Shown here piece after piece: positions 25,935 to 35,081 of a stretch of DNA of 62,070 nt; position 1 is the stretch's first letter; each line of letters starts with the position of its first letter. The notes beneath the pieces were generated by a model that was not told where the DNA came from, did not search any database, and was given only the letters and a program-made list of their open reading frames with translations. The position numbers were made by a program, and so were the translations under genes. Source of the DNA: a virus (lineage: Duplodnaviria; Caudoviricetes); the IMG/VR virus record IMGVR_UViG_3300034063_001003, positions 1 through 62,070 of that record. One strand, given 5' to 3'.

Positions 25935-28268
25935 ATGCCAATCGACAAAGCACTTAACCGGGCGCCCGTTCTGGACGTCGTAGTGGGCCTACCAGAGCCT
26001 GAGATGGACATTGAGGTGGTCATCGACGAGGACGGAGGCGCCACGGTTGAGATCGGCGGGGACGAGGCCGACGAGGTCGACTTCTACGCCAACCTGGCAG
26101 AGGTCATTGACCCTGACGACCTGGGCAGAATTGCCCTTGACGTGAGCGCTTTGTTCGAGGCAGACAAGGGTTCGCGCTCCGATTGGGAGCAGATGTACGC
26201 CAAGGGCCTTGATCTGCTGGGCTTGCGCATGGAAGAGCGCACAAAACCCTTCCGCGGGGCCTCTGGCGTGGCCCATCCGATGCTCACCGAGGCCATCGTG
26301 CAGTTTCAGGCGCAGGCATTCAAGGAGCTTTTGCCCGCCGGCGGACCTGTTCGCAGCCAAATCGTGGGCAAAGAGACGGTGGAGAAGTACCAGCAGTCCA
26401 CCCGCGTGCAGGACTTCATGAATTACCAGATCACAACGGTGATGGAGGAGTACACACCGGAGTTTGATCAGCTACTTTTCTACACCGGCTACGGCGGATC
26501 GACCTTCAAGAAGGTCTACTACGACTACCAACTGGGCCGGATGGTGTCAAAACTGTGTTTGGCCGACGACGTGTACATCCCGTACAACGGTTCGAGCGTC
26601 ATGAGCCAGTGCGCGCGGATCACGCACCGCATTGCGATGGACTCCAACGACTTTCGCAAGCGCATTGTGGCCGGCGAATACCTCGATGTCAGGGTTGACA
26701 CCGCCGCATCGCCTGCCGATCCCAGCCAAATCAAGGAAGCGGTCGACAAAGCGATCGGAGTGCAGCCCACGGACGACATCGGCGAGGTCTTTTTGCTGGA
26801 GATGATGGTCGATTTGGACATTCCAGGCTTTGAAGACAAGGACGAGAACGGGGAGCCCACCGGAATCAAGCTGCCGTACGTTGTCACGCTGGCCGAAGAC
26901 ACGTTGCGGGTTGTCGGAGTGCGCCGAAACTGGCGCGAAGAGTCGAAAAACAAGCAGCGCAAGAACTATTTTGTCCACTACGTGCTCGTGGAGGGCCCGG
27001 GCGCGTACGGATTGGGCTTTGTGCATCTCGTTGGGGGCCTTTCTAAGGGCGCAACGAGCGCCTTGCGCCAGTTGATCGACGCTGGCACGCTCGCAAACCT
27101 GCCGGCAGGCTTCAAAGCCAAGGGCGCGCGGATCGCGGACGACTCCACGCCCATCCAGCCGGGCGAATGGCGCGACATTGACGCTGGCGGCGCGGAACTT
27201 TCGGCCTCGCTCATGCCGCTGCCGTACAAGGAGCCCAGCCAAGTGCTCTTTAGCCTGCTTGGCTTCCTCGTGGACGCCGGAAAACGGCTCTCCAGTACCG
27301 CGGACATGCAAGTTGGCGACGGCAACCAATACGCACAGGTCGGAACGACCCTGGCGCTGCTCGAGCGCGGCTCCATGGTCATGTCCAGCATTCACAAGCG
27401 CATGCATTACGCGCAGACGCTGGAGTTCAGGCTGCTGTTTGAGGGCTTTGGCACCTTCTTGCCCGACGAGTACCCCTACGAGGTCCCTGGCGCGTCCCGG
27501 CGCGTCAAGAAATCGGACTTCAACGACATGGTGTCGGTGTTGCCGGTGGCCGATCCCAACATCTTCAGCACTGCGCAGCGCATTCAGCTTGCTCAGATGC
27601 AGTTGCAGCTCGCGCAAAGCGCCCCGAACATGCACAACATGTACGAGGCCTACTACCGCGTGTATGCGGCGCTCAACGTGCGCGACATCGACGGCATTTT
27701 GATGCCGCAGAACACGCAAAAGCCCAACGACCCGGCCTCAGAGAACGGCGACGTGCTCAACGGCATGCAGCTCAAGGCGTTTGCCGGCCAGCAGCACGAC
27801 GCGCACATCGCAGCGCATCTGATGATGGGCCTGTCGCCTATCCTGCAGTCCAATCCGATGTCAGCCATGATGCTGCAGCGCCACATCCTTGACCACGTGC
27901 GCCTGAAGGCCGAAGAGGACGTCGAAGCCGAGCTCTTCAAGCTCTACGGGGTGGACCCGGACCGCATGATTTCTCTGATCCAGAAAGAAGGCATGGTTGC
28001 GCTCAAGATCGCGCAGTACATGAAAGAAGTTCGCGAGATGCAAGACGAGCTTGCTGGCGGTGGCGGCGAAGACCCGCTGATCGCGCTCAAGCAGCAGGAA
28101 TTGCAGCAGCGTGCGCAGAACGACCAGGCAGATAACCAGATTGACCAGCAGCGCCTGGCACTGGATCAGCAACGGCTGCAGCAGAAGACGGCGCTCGACC
28201 AGCAGCGCCTGGCGTTGCAGATGAACAAGACCCAGCAACCACCTCAGGGAGTACGCAATGCCGCTTAA
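25935..28268 (+). CDS. Portal protein
   Basis: Follows TerL; HPMLTEAIVQFQAQA, GSTFKKVYYD, LRQLIDAGTLANLPAGFK motifs. Confidence 0.9.
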   Translation: MPIDKALNRAPVLDVVVGLPEPEMDIEVVIDEDGGATVEIGGDEADEVDFYANLAEVIDPDDLGRIALDVSALFEADKGSRSDWEQMYAKGLDLLGLRMEERTKPFRGASGVAHPMLTEAIVQFQAQAFKELLPAGGPVRSQIVGKETVEKYQQSTRVQDFMNYQITTVMEEYTPEFDQLLFYTGYGGSTFKKVYYDYQLGRMVSKLCLADDVYIPYNGSSVMSQCARITHRIAMDSNDFRKRIVAGEYLDVRVDTAASPADPSQIKEAVDKAIGVQPTDDIGEVFLLEMMVDLDIPGFEDKDENGEPTGIKLPYVVTLAEDTLRVVGVRRNWREESKNKQRKNYFVHYVLVEGPGAYGLGFVHLVGGLSKGATSALRQLIDAGTLANLPAGFKAKGARIADDSTPIQPGEWRDIDAGGAELSASLMPLPYKEPSQVLFSLLGFLVDAGKRLSSTADMQVGDGNQYAQVGTTLALLERGSMVMSSIHKRMHYAQTLEFRLLFEGFGTFLPDEYPYEVPGASRRVKKSDFNDMVSVLPVADPNIFSTAQRIQLAQMQLQLAQSAPNMHNMYEAYYRVYAALNVRDIDGILMPQNTQKPNDPASENGDVLNGMQLKAFAGQQHDAHIAAHLMMGLSPILQSNPMSAMMLQRHILDHVRLKAEEDVEAELFKLYGVDPDRMISLIQKEGMVALKIAQYMKEVREMQDELAGGGGEDPLIALKQQELQQRAQNDQADNQIDQQRLALDQQRLQQKTALDQQRLALQMNKTQQPPQGVRNAA

Positions 28269-28530
28269 AAAGGGTTCAAGTCAGAAGACGATCAGCTCCA
28301 ACATTGGCGAGATCGTGCGCGACTACAAGAAAGACGGGATGATTGGCACCAGCAAGCCAAAGAGCAAGGCTGCCGCTGTCAAACAGGCCGCGGCAATTGC
28401 CTACGACAAAGCAGGCAAGTCGCGCAAGATGGCCAAGGGCGGCGACGTCATCAAAAAGGCCAAGGGCGTGCAGGGCCCGTCGATGATTGTGAAGAAAAAG
28501 GACGGTAACCGTCCGGTGAAGATATACTGA
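28258..28530 (+). CDS. Small basic protein (MPLKKGSSQKTISSNI family)
   Basis: Lys-rich; QAAAIA; contains MAKGG. Confidence 0.7.
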   Translation: MPLKKGSSQKTISSNIGEIVRDYKKDGMIGTSKPKSKAAAVKQAAAIAYDKAGKSRKMAKGGDVIKKAKGVQGPSMIVKKKDGNRPVKIY

Positions 28531-28540
28531 TCCTCACCAA

Positions 28541-28569
28541 CGCCTTCAGTCGGGGCGCAAAACCGACTG
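28541..28569 (+). ncRNA. Candidate H-type pseudoknot in a 5' leader
   Basis: CGCC 28541-44 pairs with GGCG 28554-57; CAGTCGG 28547-53 with CCGACTG 28563-69. Confidence 0.45.
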
Positions 28570-28587
28570 CTTTTCATGGAAACGACC

Positions 28588-28788
28588 ATGCTTGAATTTG
28601 CAGAAGCAGTCTTGAAAGAAATCAGAAAGCACCGTCAGCAGGCACACGAAATTGTGCTCAGTGGAGGTATTTCCGACATGGAGCGTTACCGCTTCATGAT
28701 GGGCCGCCTTGAGGGTTTGAACCTGGTCGAAGAATCCGTGAGAGGCCTTTTGAAAAAGGTCAATGGGGACCAAGACGAGGATTTTTAA
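28588..28788 (+). CDS. Conserved head-module hypothetical protein
   Basis: GGISDMERYRFMMGRLEGL motif; start could also be 28576. Confidence 0.7.
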   Translation: MLEFAEAVLKEIRKHRQQAHEIVLSGGISDMERYRFMMGRLEGLNLVEESVRGLLKKVNGDQDEDF

Positions 28789-28803
28789 CCCGAAAGGAGA
28801 GCC

Positions 28804-29274
28804 ATGGAAGTCGAAACTGCACCGGTCGAAATGACCGCACTTGAGCGCAAATGGGCCGAACAGGCCGCGACCAAGGCACCCGCCTTGGACGATGCCTACA
28901 CGGAGCTGGGGTTTGACCCCGAGAAGCTTCATGAGTCCGTTGTTGACACCATCCCCAAGCCCACCGGCTGGCGGATCGCCATCCTGCCTTACCGCGGCGC
29001 TGAAAAAACCAAAGGCGGCATTGTCCTGGCGGAGGAGACGCAGCGTAAAACGCAGCTTGCCACCGTGTGCGGATATGTCCTGAAGGTGGGTGACCTGGCG
29101 TACGCGGACGAGTCTAAATTTCCCTCCGGCCCCTGGTGCAAAGAAGGTGACTGGATCATCTTCGGTCGCTACGCGGGCGCGCGAATTCCAATCGACGGCG
29201 GGGAAATTCGCCTCATCAATGACGATGAGGTGCTTGGCGTGGTCAACGACCCTGAAGACATTCTGCACATGTAA
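28804..29274 (+). CDS. groES: GroES-like co-chaperonin
   Basis: PTGWRIAI...TKGGIVL...VLKVG...GDWIIFGRYAG...RLINDDEVLGV. Confidence 0.9.
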   Translation: MEVETAPVEMTALERKWAEQAATKAPALDDAYTELGFDPEKLHESVVDTIPKPTGWRIAILPYRGAEKTKGGIVLAEETQRKTQLATVCGYVLKVGDLAYADESKFPSGPWCKEGDWIIFGRYAGARIPIDGGEIRLINDDEVLGVVNDPEDILHM

Positions 29275-29285
29275 AGGAGAGCAAT

Positions 29286-30209
29286 ATGGCGGATCAAATG
29301 GACCTACAGTTCAAAATTGGAGAGGACGAGCAGCCTGCTGCCGTCGAGATTAACGAAGAGGGGAAGGCGGAGCTGCTGGATCAGCCGCAGGACCCGGCGG
29401 TAGACACCTCTGGCGGCGCGGAACATCGCAGCGAGGTTGACGACTACAGCGAGAACGTCAAAAAGCGCATCGACAAGCTCACCGCCCGCCTGCGTGAGAC
29501 CCAGCGGCGCGAGCAGGCCGCCTTGGACTATGCGCGCAACGTGCAAGCCCGGGCCCAACAGCTCGAGCAGCAGTACTTGAGCACCGATGGCCAGCGCGTT
29601 GCCGAGGCGCAAAGCCGCATCGAAACCCAGAACGTGGCCCTCAAGCAGATCATCCGCAAGGCCCGTGAAGAGGGAGACGTGGACACCGAGACTGAGGCCA
29701 TGCAGCGCCTGGCCCAGTTGACCAATGAGCAGAGCACCATCCAGGCCCAGGCAGCTCAACGCGAGGCCTATCAGCAGCAACTTGCCGCTCAGCAGCAGGT
29801 GGCCCAGCAGCAGGCTCAACCGGCTGCGCAGGCTCCCCGCCAGATCGACCCCAGGGTCGAGGATTGGGCGGAACGCAACCCCTGGTATGGCCGAGATACA
29901 GCCATGACCCACGCTGCGTGGGGCATCCACAAACAACTTATTTCCGTCGAGGGATTTGACGCCAGCTCGGATGAGTATTATCATGAGCTCGATCGCAGGA
30001 TTCGTGAAACCTTCCCACAGAAGTTTCAGCAGAATGCTGCGCCCAACCAAAACAGGCCACAGCGAAACGTGCAGGCTGTGGCACCTGCTTCCCGGTCATC
30101 CGGGGTATCAAATGCACGCCGCACTGTCAAATTGACGCCAAGTCAAGTTGCAATTGCCAAAAAGCTGGGCGTTCCGCTTGAGGAATACGCCAAGTACGTG
30201 AAGGAGTGA
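29286..30209 (+). CDS. Capsid scaffolding-like protein
   Basis: Acidic N-terminus, long coiled coil, C-terminal VKLTPSQVAIAKKLGVPLEEYAKY. Confidence 0.7.
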   Translation: MADQMDLQFKIGEDEQPAAVEINEEGKAELLDQPQDPAVDTSGGAEHRSEVDDYSENVKKRIDKLTARLRETQRREQAALDYARNVQARAQQLEQQYLSTDGQRVAEAQSRIETQNVALKQIIRKAREEGDVDTETEAMQRLAQLTNEQSTIQAQAAQREAYQQQLAAQQQVAQQQAQPAAQAPRQIDPRVEDWAERNPWYGRDTAMTHAAWGIHKQLISVEGFDASSDEYYHELDRRIRETFPQKFQQNAAPNQNRPQRNVQAVAPASRSSGVSNARRTVKLTPSQVAIAKKLGVPLEEYAKYVKE

Positions 30210-30213
30210 GATC

Positions 30214-30696
30214 ATGAGCGACGTCAAAATACCAACTCTCAGCCGTACCCCGCGCGAGGCCGAATCTCGCGCAAAAAGTACGCGACGTAAGCCGTGGGCT
30301 CCGCCGTCTCGACTTGACGCACCGCCAGCTCCCCCTGGATACAAGCACCGTTGGATTCGGGCAGAGGCAGGTGGGGTAGAAGATCGTACCAATGTGGCTG
30401 GCAAAATCCGTGAGGGTTATGAGCTGGTCCGGGGCGATGAATACCCTGACTACCATGTGCCAACGATTGAAGACGGCCGACATGCTGGCGTGATCAGCGT
30501 GGGAGGTCTCTTGCTTGCACGCATCCCTGAGGAGACTGTTGCAGAGCGTAATGCGCATTACCGAGATCGTGCGAACGACCAATTGCAGGCTGCTGACAAT
30601 GAACTGTTGAAAGCCAATGCTCATTCGAGCATGGTGATCACCAAGCCCACGCGCCAATCTCGCGTGTCGTTTGGTGGCGGTTCACGAGGCAGCTAA
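30214..30696 (+). CDS. Conserved head-module protein
   Basis: WAPPSRLDAPPAPPGYKHRWIR...VGGLLLARIP. Confidence 0.75.
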   Translation: MSDVKIPTLSRTPREAESRAKSTRRKPWAPPSRLDAPPAPPGYKHRWIRAEAGGVEDRTNVAGKIREGYELVRGDEYPDYHVPTIEDGRHAGVISVGGLLLARIPEETVAERNAHYRDRANDQLQAADNELLKANAHSSMVITKPTRQSRVSFGGGSRGS

Positions 30697-30725
30697 TCAA
30701 ACACTTTTTGTGAAGGAACCATCAA

Positions 30726-31307
30726 ATGGCAAACGTCGATAAGCCCTTTGGTCTGCGTCCTCTCGGCAATCTGTCCGCTACTGGCTCTCAAAAACAGTAC
30801 GGCTACGAAATTGCTGATAACCAGTCCGGGGCAATTTTTCAAGGCGACCTAGTCACCGTCTATGACGGTTACCTGGTCAAGTTCGCACCTGCGACCCACA
30901 CCGCTGCTGTTGGTGTGTTCAATGGCTGCAACTACATTGACCCGACTTCGGGCAAACCCACCTGGAAGAACTACTACCCTGGTTCTGTCAACATCACCGC
31001 TGGCAAGATCATTGCCGACGTGATCGACGATCCCAGCCAGTTGTTCATCATCCAGGTCGATGAGTCCGTTGCCCAAACCCAAGTCGGCTTCAACGCTGAC
31101 GTGGTTGGCACTGGCGGTAGCACCACCACTGGTGTGTCTTCCATGGAACTCGACTCGTCCACTATCGCAAAAACTGCAGCTTTGAACCTGAAAATCGTTG
31201 GCCTGTGGGAAGTCCCTGGCAACGAGTTTGGGACCAACGCCGTGGTGGTAGTGAAGATCAACGAACACCTGTACGGTAGTGCCGGTGTTGCAGGCCAAGG
31301 AGCTTAA
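30726..31307 (+). CDS. Putative capsid decoration / minor capsid protein
   Basis: MANVDKPFGLRP..., directly upstream of MCP. Confidence 0.7.
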   Translation: MANVDKPFGLRPLGNLSATGSQKQYGYEIADNQSGAIFQGDLVTVYDGYLVKFAPATHTAAVGVFNGCNYIDPTSGKPTWKNYYPGSVNITAGKIIADVIDDPSQLFIIQVDESVAQTQVGFNADVVGTGGSTTTGVSSMELDSSTIAKTAALNLKIVGLWEVPGNEFGTNAVVVVKINEHLYGSAGVAGQGA

Positions 31308-31309
31308 TC

Positions 31310-32215
31310 ATGGCAATTTCCCGCGCACAACTGGTAAAGGAACTTGAGCCTGGCCTGAACGCTTTGTTTGGCCTGGAGTACAAGAACTACGAAAACGAGC
31401 ACGAGCAGATTTACACCATGGAAACTTCGGACCGCGCGTTCGAGGAAGAAGTGATGGAATCTGGCTTCGGCGAAGCTCCTGTGAAGACTGAGGGCGCTGG
31501 CGTCGCTTACGACCAGGCGCAAGAGGTCTACACGGCTCGTTACACCCACGAGACCATCGCTCTGGCGTTCTCGCTGACCGAAGAAGCCGTGGAGGACAAC
31601 CTCTACGACCGTTTGTCGGCCCGCTACACCAAGGCCCTGGCTCGCTCGATGGCTCAGACCAAGCAGATCAAGGCGGCCGCCGTCCTGAACGGCGCTTTCA
31701 CCACCTCGATCGGCGGCGACGGCAAGCCTCTGTGTGCAACCGACCACCCCACCCTGGGCGGTCCGGACCTGCGCAACGAGCTGTCCACCCCTGCTGACCT
31801 GTCCGAGACCTCCCTGGAGCAAGCTCTGATCGACATCGCGGCGTTCACCGACGAGCGCGGCCTGAAGATCGCTGTCCAAGGCCTCAAGCTCATCATCCCG
31901 AAGGAGCTGATGTTCACTGCCGACCGTATCCTAAAGTCCACGCTTCGCGTTGGTACGGCCGACAACGACCTCAACGCCATCCGGAACATGGGCATGGTGC
32001 CGCAGGGCTACGCCGTGAACCACTTCCTGACCGATCCCGACGCGTTCTTCATCAAGACCGACGCGCCCAACGGCATGAAGGGCTTCACCCGTGTGGCGAT
32101 CAAAACCGGCTTCGAGGGTGACTTCGATACCGGCAACGTCCGCTACAAGGCTCGCGAGCGCTACAGCTTCGGCTTCAGTGATCCGCGGGGCATCTTCGGC
32201 TCGCCTGGCGGCTGA
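31310..32215 (+). CDS. Major capsid protein (Mu gpT-like, HK97 fold)
   Basis: MAISRAQLVKELEPGLNALFGLEY...RYKARERYSFGFSDPRG; strongly biased codons; terminator follows. Confidence 0.9.
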   Translation: MAISRAQLVKELEPGLNALFGLEYKNYENEHEQIYTMETSDRAFEEEVMESGFGEAPVKTEGAGVAYDQAQEVYTARYTHETIALAFSLTEEAVEDNLYDRLSARYTKALARSMAQTKQIKAAAVLNGAFTTSIGGDGKPLCATDHPTLGGPDLRNELSTPADLSETSLEQALIDIAAFTDERGLKIAVQGLKLIIPKELMFTADRILKSTLRVGTADNDLNAIRNMGMVPQGYAVNHFLTDPDAFFIKTDAPNGMKGFTRVAIKTGFEGDFDTGNVRYKARERYSFGFSDPRGIFGSPGG

Positions 32216-32240
32216 AAAAGGGTTGGGGGTTCCCGGCCGA

Positions 32241-32271
32241 GAAAAAGGGGCTTCGGCCCCTTTTTCTTTTT
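32241..32271 (+). terminator. Intrinsic (bidirectional-type) terminator with UUCG loop
   Basis: GAAAAAGGGGC-TTCG-GCCCCTTTTTCTTTTT. Confidence 0.85.
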
Positions 32272-32300
32272 GCGGACTTGGGTTATATTCAGGTCAAGTT

Positions 32301-32371
32301 CCGGGGTCATCTCGGCACGTCTGACAGTCCCGGCTGACGACATGCAGACAGACGTGCCTTAACTCGCATGT
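32301..32371 (+). ncRNA. Candidate double-pseudoknot leader RNA
   Basis: Three interleaved helices: 32301-06/32328-33, 32314-23/32349-58, 32340-45/32366-71. Confidence 0.6.
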
Positions 32372-32381
32372 GAGGAAAGTC

Positions 32382-33092
32382 ATGGCTGCTACACACTATT
32401 CAGGCCCGCTCCAGTATTCTGGTAAAGGCGCAACGGGCGCATGGGGCACCGATCTGACCACCGCCGTCGATACCGATGTCGTCGTCTACATGGACGACTT
32501 CACCGGAGTGGCGTTGGATTCCACCAACGACTGGACCGTGGTCAAGGATTCTGGAGCCTCGGCCGGTATTGGCGCGGACGTTGTCAACGGCGTCCTCGAA
32601 CTGACCTCCACCGCCACGACCGACAACGATGGCGCGTCGGTTCAGGGCAACGAGGTCTTCAAGGCGCAGGCTGACAAGTCGCTTTGGTTTGAGACCAAGA
32701 TCAAGTGCAACGACGCTGACCAGACCGACATTTGTGTGGGCCTGACGGTGAACTTTGCGACCAACCCAGAGAACATGCTGACCGCTGCCGATCGGATTTG
32801 CTTCCAGATCGACGACGGCAATGCGTCGATCCTGTGCAAGACCGAGTCTGGCGGCACTGAGACCTCCACGGACTCGGGCATTGACCTGGTTGACGACACG
32901 TACGTGACGCTGGGCATTCGGATTGTAGGCACGGGCCAGGTGCTCTTCTACATTGACCGCACTCAGGTTGCTTACCACAGCACCAACATCCCGACAACCG
33001 AGCTGGCGCTTGCCGCCATGTCGCTGTCGGGCAGTGCCACGGGGACTCGGACGACCACTGTTGACTACATGTTCGCTGCGGCCACCCGCTGA
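32382..33092 (+). CDS. Virion structural protein (head fibre/decoration-like, beta-rich)
   Basis: ATG 32382 after GAGGA; MAATHYSGPL N-terminus; Thr/Asp-rich beta-sandwich pattern. Confidence 0.65.
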   Translation: MAATHYSGPLQYSGKGATGAWGTDLTTAVDTDVVVYMDDFTGVALDSTNDWTVVKDSGASAGIGADVVNGVLELTSTATTDNDGASVQGNEVFKAQADKSLWFETKIKCNDADQTDICVGLTVNFATNPENMLTAADRICFQIDDGNASILCKTESGGTETSTDSGIDLVDDTYVTLGIRIVGTGQVLFYIDRTQVAYHSTNIPTTELALAAMSLSGSATGTRTTTVDYMFAAATR

Positions 33093-33104
33093 TAGGAGGC
33101 CGCC

Positions 33105-33407
33105 ATGAGCTTCAGCAACATTCAGTCGGTACGGAAGACCGCTGCTGCGGCAGCGGTCTCTGGTCGCGCACGCTTGCTGGGGGTGTACTTCACGCATACG
33201 GCCACTTCTGCCACGATTACTCTCAAGGATGGGAGCACCAGTGGCGGCACGGCCAAGTTGACGTTGTCGTCGCCCGCAGCAATTGGCTCGCAGGACCTCA
33301 TCATCCCCGACATGGGGATTCTGTTCGAGAGCGGCATCTACATCGACCTCAGCTCGGCTGAGATCACGAGCGTGACGCTGCTCTTCGAAGGTGGAGCACC
33401 TGCGTAA
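33105..33407 (+). CDS. Small virion structural protein
   Basis: IPDMGILFESGIY motif; late operon. Confidence 0.65.
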   Translation: MSFSNIQSVRKTAAAAAVSGRARLLGVYFTHTATSATITLKDGSTSGGTAKLTLSSPAAIGSQDLIIPDMGILFESGIYIDLSSAEITSVTLLFEGGAPA

Positions 33408-33694
33408 TGGCTACCAAAAAGGGCATGGGCATCAAGACCTCGGTGAAGTCGGGCAACTTCCGACCCACCAAGCAAGGCGCTGGCATGACCAAAAAGGGCG
33501 TGGCGGCATTCCGCAAGGCCAACCCCGGAAGCAAGTTGAAGACGGCGGTGACCACCAAGACACCGTCGGCGGCAGAAGCAAAGCGCAGGGCGTCGTATTG
33601 TGCGCGGTCCGAGGGGCAGATGAAGCAGTTCCCTGACGCAGCAAAGGACCCCAATAGCCGCTTGCGCCAGGCGCGGAAGCGGTGGAGGTGCTGA
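33407..33694 (+). CDS. Small basic conserved phage protein
   Basis: GAGMTKKGV...NPGSKLK...RRASYCARS..QMK...PNSRLRQARKRWRC. Confidence 0.75.
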   Translation: MATKKGMGIKTSVKSGNFRPTKQGAGMTKKGVAAFRKANPGSKLKTAVTTKTPSAAEAKRRASYCARSEGQMKQFPDAAKDPNSRLRQARKRWRC

Positions 33695-33697
33695 GCC

Positions 33698-33943
33698 GTG
33701 GAGATGATGATTTGGAATGTTGTCTTGACGGCGATTGTCGGGATCATGGGCTTTTTGTTGAAGGCGAAGTTCGATGAGATCGGCCGGCTGGGCATTCTCT
33801 TGAACAAGACCCGCGAAGAGGTCGCTCGGGACCATGTCACGCGCAAGGAAGTCGACGACCGGTTTGATAAGTTCCTCAGTCATGTGGACCAGCGGTTCAA
33901 CAGGATTGAGGCAAAGTTGGATGAAATCCGAAAGGCAGGGTAA
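33698..33943 (+). CDS. TM plus coiled-coil small protein
   Basis: N-terminal TM; ILLNKTREEVA. Confidence 0.7.
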   Translation: MEMMIWNVVLTAIVGIMGFLLKAKFDEIGRLGILLNKTREEVARDHVTRKEVDDRFDKFLSHVDQRFNRIEAKLDEIRKAG

Positions 33944-33947
33944 GTAG

Positions 33948-34118
33948 ATGAAAAGTGCAGGCATGAAGATGGTGAAGAAGGGCGGCAAATCCGTCCCCGC
34001 TTTCGCCGCGGATGGCATTGGCAAGATGAAAAAGGGAGGTATGGCCGACAAAATGGGCCGTGCTGTGAAACGTAAAACGGCCGACGTCAAGGGCCGTGCA
34101 ATGAAAAAAGGAGCTTGA
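33948..34118 (+). CDS. 56-aa Lys/Gly/Met-rich protein (not in ORF track)
   Basis: MKSAGMKMVKKGGKSVPAFAADGIGKMKKGG... Confidence 0.65.
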   Translation: MKSAGMKMVKKGGKSVPAFAADGIGKMKKGGMADKMGRAVKRKTADVKGRAMKKGA

Positions 34119-34119
34119 T

Positions 34120-34413
34120 ATGGCTGGACGTGGAATGGGAGCCGCTACGCGCGGCGGTGGTGCCGTTGAAAGCGGCCCCGCGAACAAGGTTGTCTCGGAG
34201 CCCAGCAAGACTAGTGGCCCCATTATGATGGCCAAAGGCGGCATGGCCAAAGGCGGCATGGCCAACAAAGGCAACATGAACGAGCACAAGCGCATGGCCA
34301 TGGGCAAGCCCATCGGCATGATGGCTGGCGGCATGATGTCCAAAGGCTACGCTGCGGGCGGCGCTGTCAAGAAGACCAAGGGCTACGCTGCGGGCGGTAA
34401 ACGCGCGAAGTAA
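34120..34413 (+). CDS. Lys/Gly/Met-rich protein with tandem MAKGG/YAAGG motifs
   Basis: AAGGAG RBS; repeated motifs. Confidence 0.7.
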   Translation: MAGRGMGAATRGGGAVESGPANKVVSEPSKTSGPIMMAKGGMAKGGMANKGNMNEHKRMAMGKPIGMMAGGMMSKGYAAGGAVKKTKGYAAGGKRAK

Positions 34414-35081
34414 TGGCCTACCTCATCAGCAACATCCCGTACTTCAAGTGCTGGGTTAGACGCGAGTTTACCCACATGCACCAGAAGTACCATGGCGAGT
34501 ACTTGCACGCAAATGTCATTGCGGTCAATGTCATGCCGGATCGTTGCTTGAGTTTTCAGATCGTATTTACCGGGTGTGAAAGCCAGGAGGACGGTTCTGA
34601 AAACGTGCATGGGGGAGCGATGTGGGCGCGCATGCCCATCACGGCGCTGGTGGGGGACATCCCATTGGAAGAGTGGCCAGAGCGTATGCCTACACATCTG
34701 GCGCAGCCCTGGGACTGTCCTTCACATCACCATACTGTGGTGAAGTTCGCGAGAACCAGCCCGAGCCCTTGGTTATGCAAAATTGACGGCGAGTTCCACA
34801 CCGGCAGGTACCTGTTTACGGTGGACTACTCGGAGAGCGAGGTAGCTGATTGCCCTGCACAGCACAAGCAAAGTCATGTGCTGGTTTTGACCGATGCGGG
34901 CAAGTGGACAGGTAACATTGTGGCGCTGCCAAACAACCGCGTCCGGGTCACAAGCCCTGCGTTTTGGCAAACAGGGGAAGGGGCGCCTGACTTCAGGCCC
35001 AGTCAGTGGACACATTGTGCGGAGCAGGACGACTCGTACATGGATGCGCAAGCGACATTCGATAACCTCTACAACAAATGA
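34413..35081 (+). CDS. Conserved late protein of unknown function (Cys/His-rich)
   Basis: HGGAMWARMPI, WDC..HHH, QHKQSH, ALPNNRVR. Confidence 0.75.
   Translation: MAYLISNIPYFKCWVRREFTHMHQKYHGEYLHANVIAVNVMPDRCLSFQIVFTGCESQEDGSENVHGGAMWARMPITALVGDIPLEEWPERMPTHLAQPWDCPSHHHTVVKFARTSPSPWLCKIDGEFHTGRYLFTVDYSESEVADCPAQHKQSHVLVLTDAGKWTGNIVALPNNRVRVTSPAFWQTGEGAPDFRPSQWTHCAEQDDSYMDAQATFDNLYNK

Noticed and set aside
32334-32378. Hammerhead ribozyme (CUGACGA ... GAAA)
   Set aside because: GAAA does not directly follow the would-be stem II and no stem III or cleavage triplet fits; the pseudoknot model explains the pairing better.
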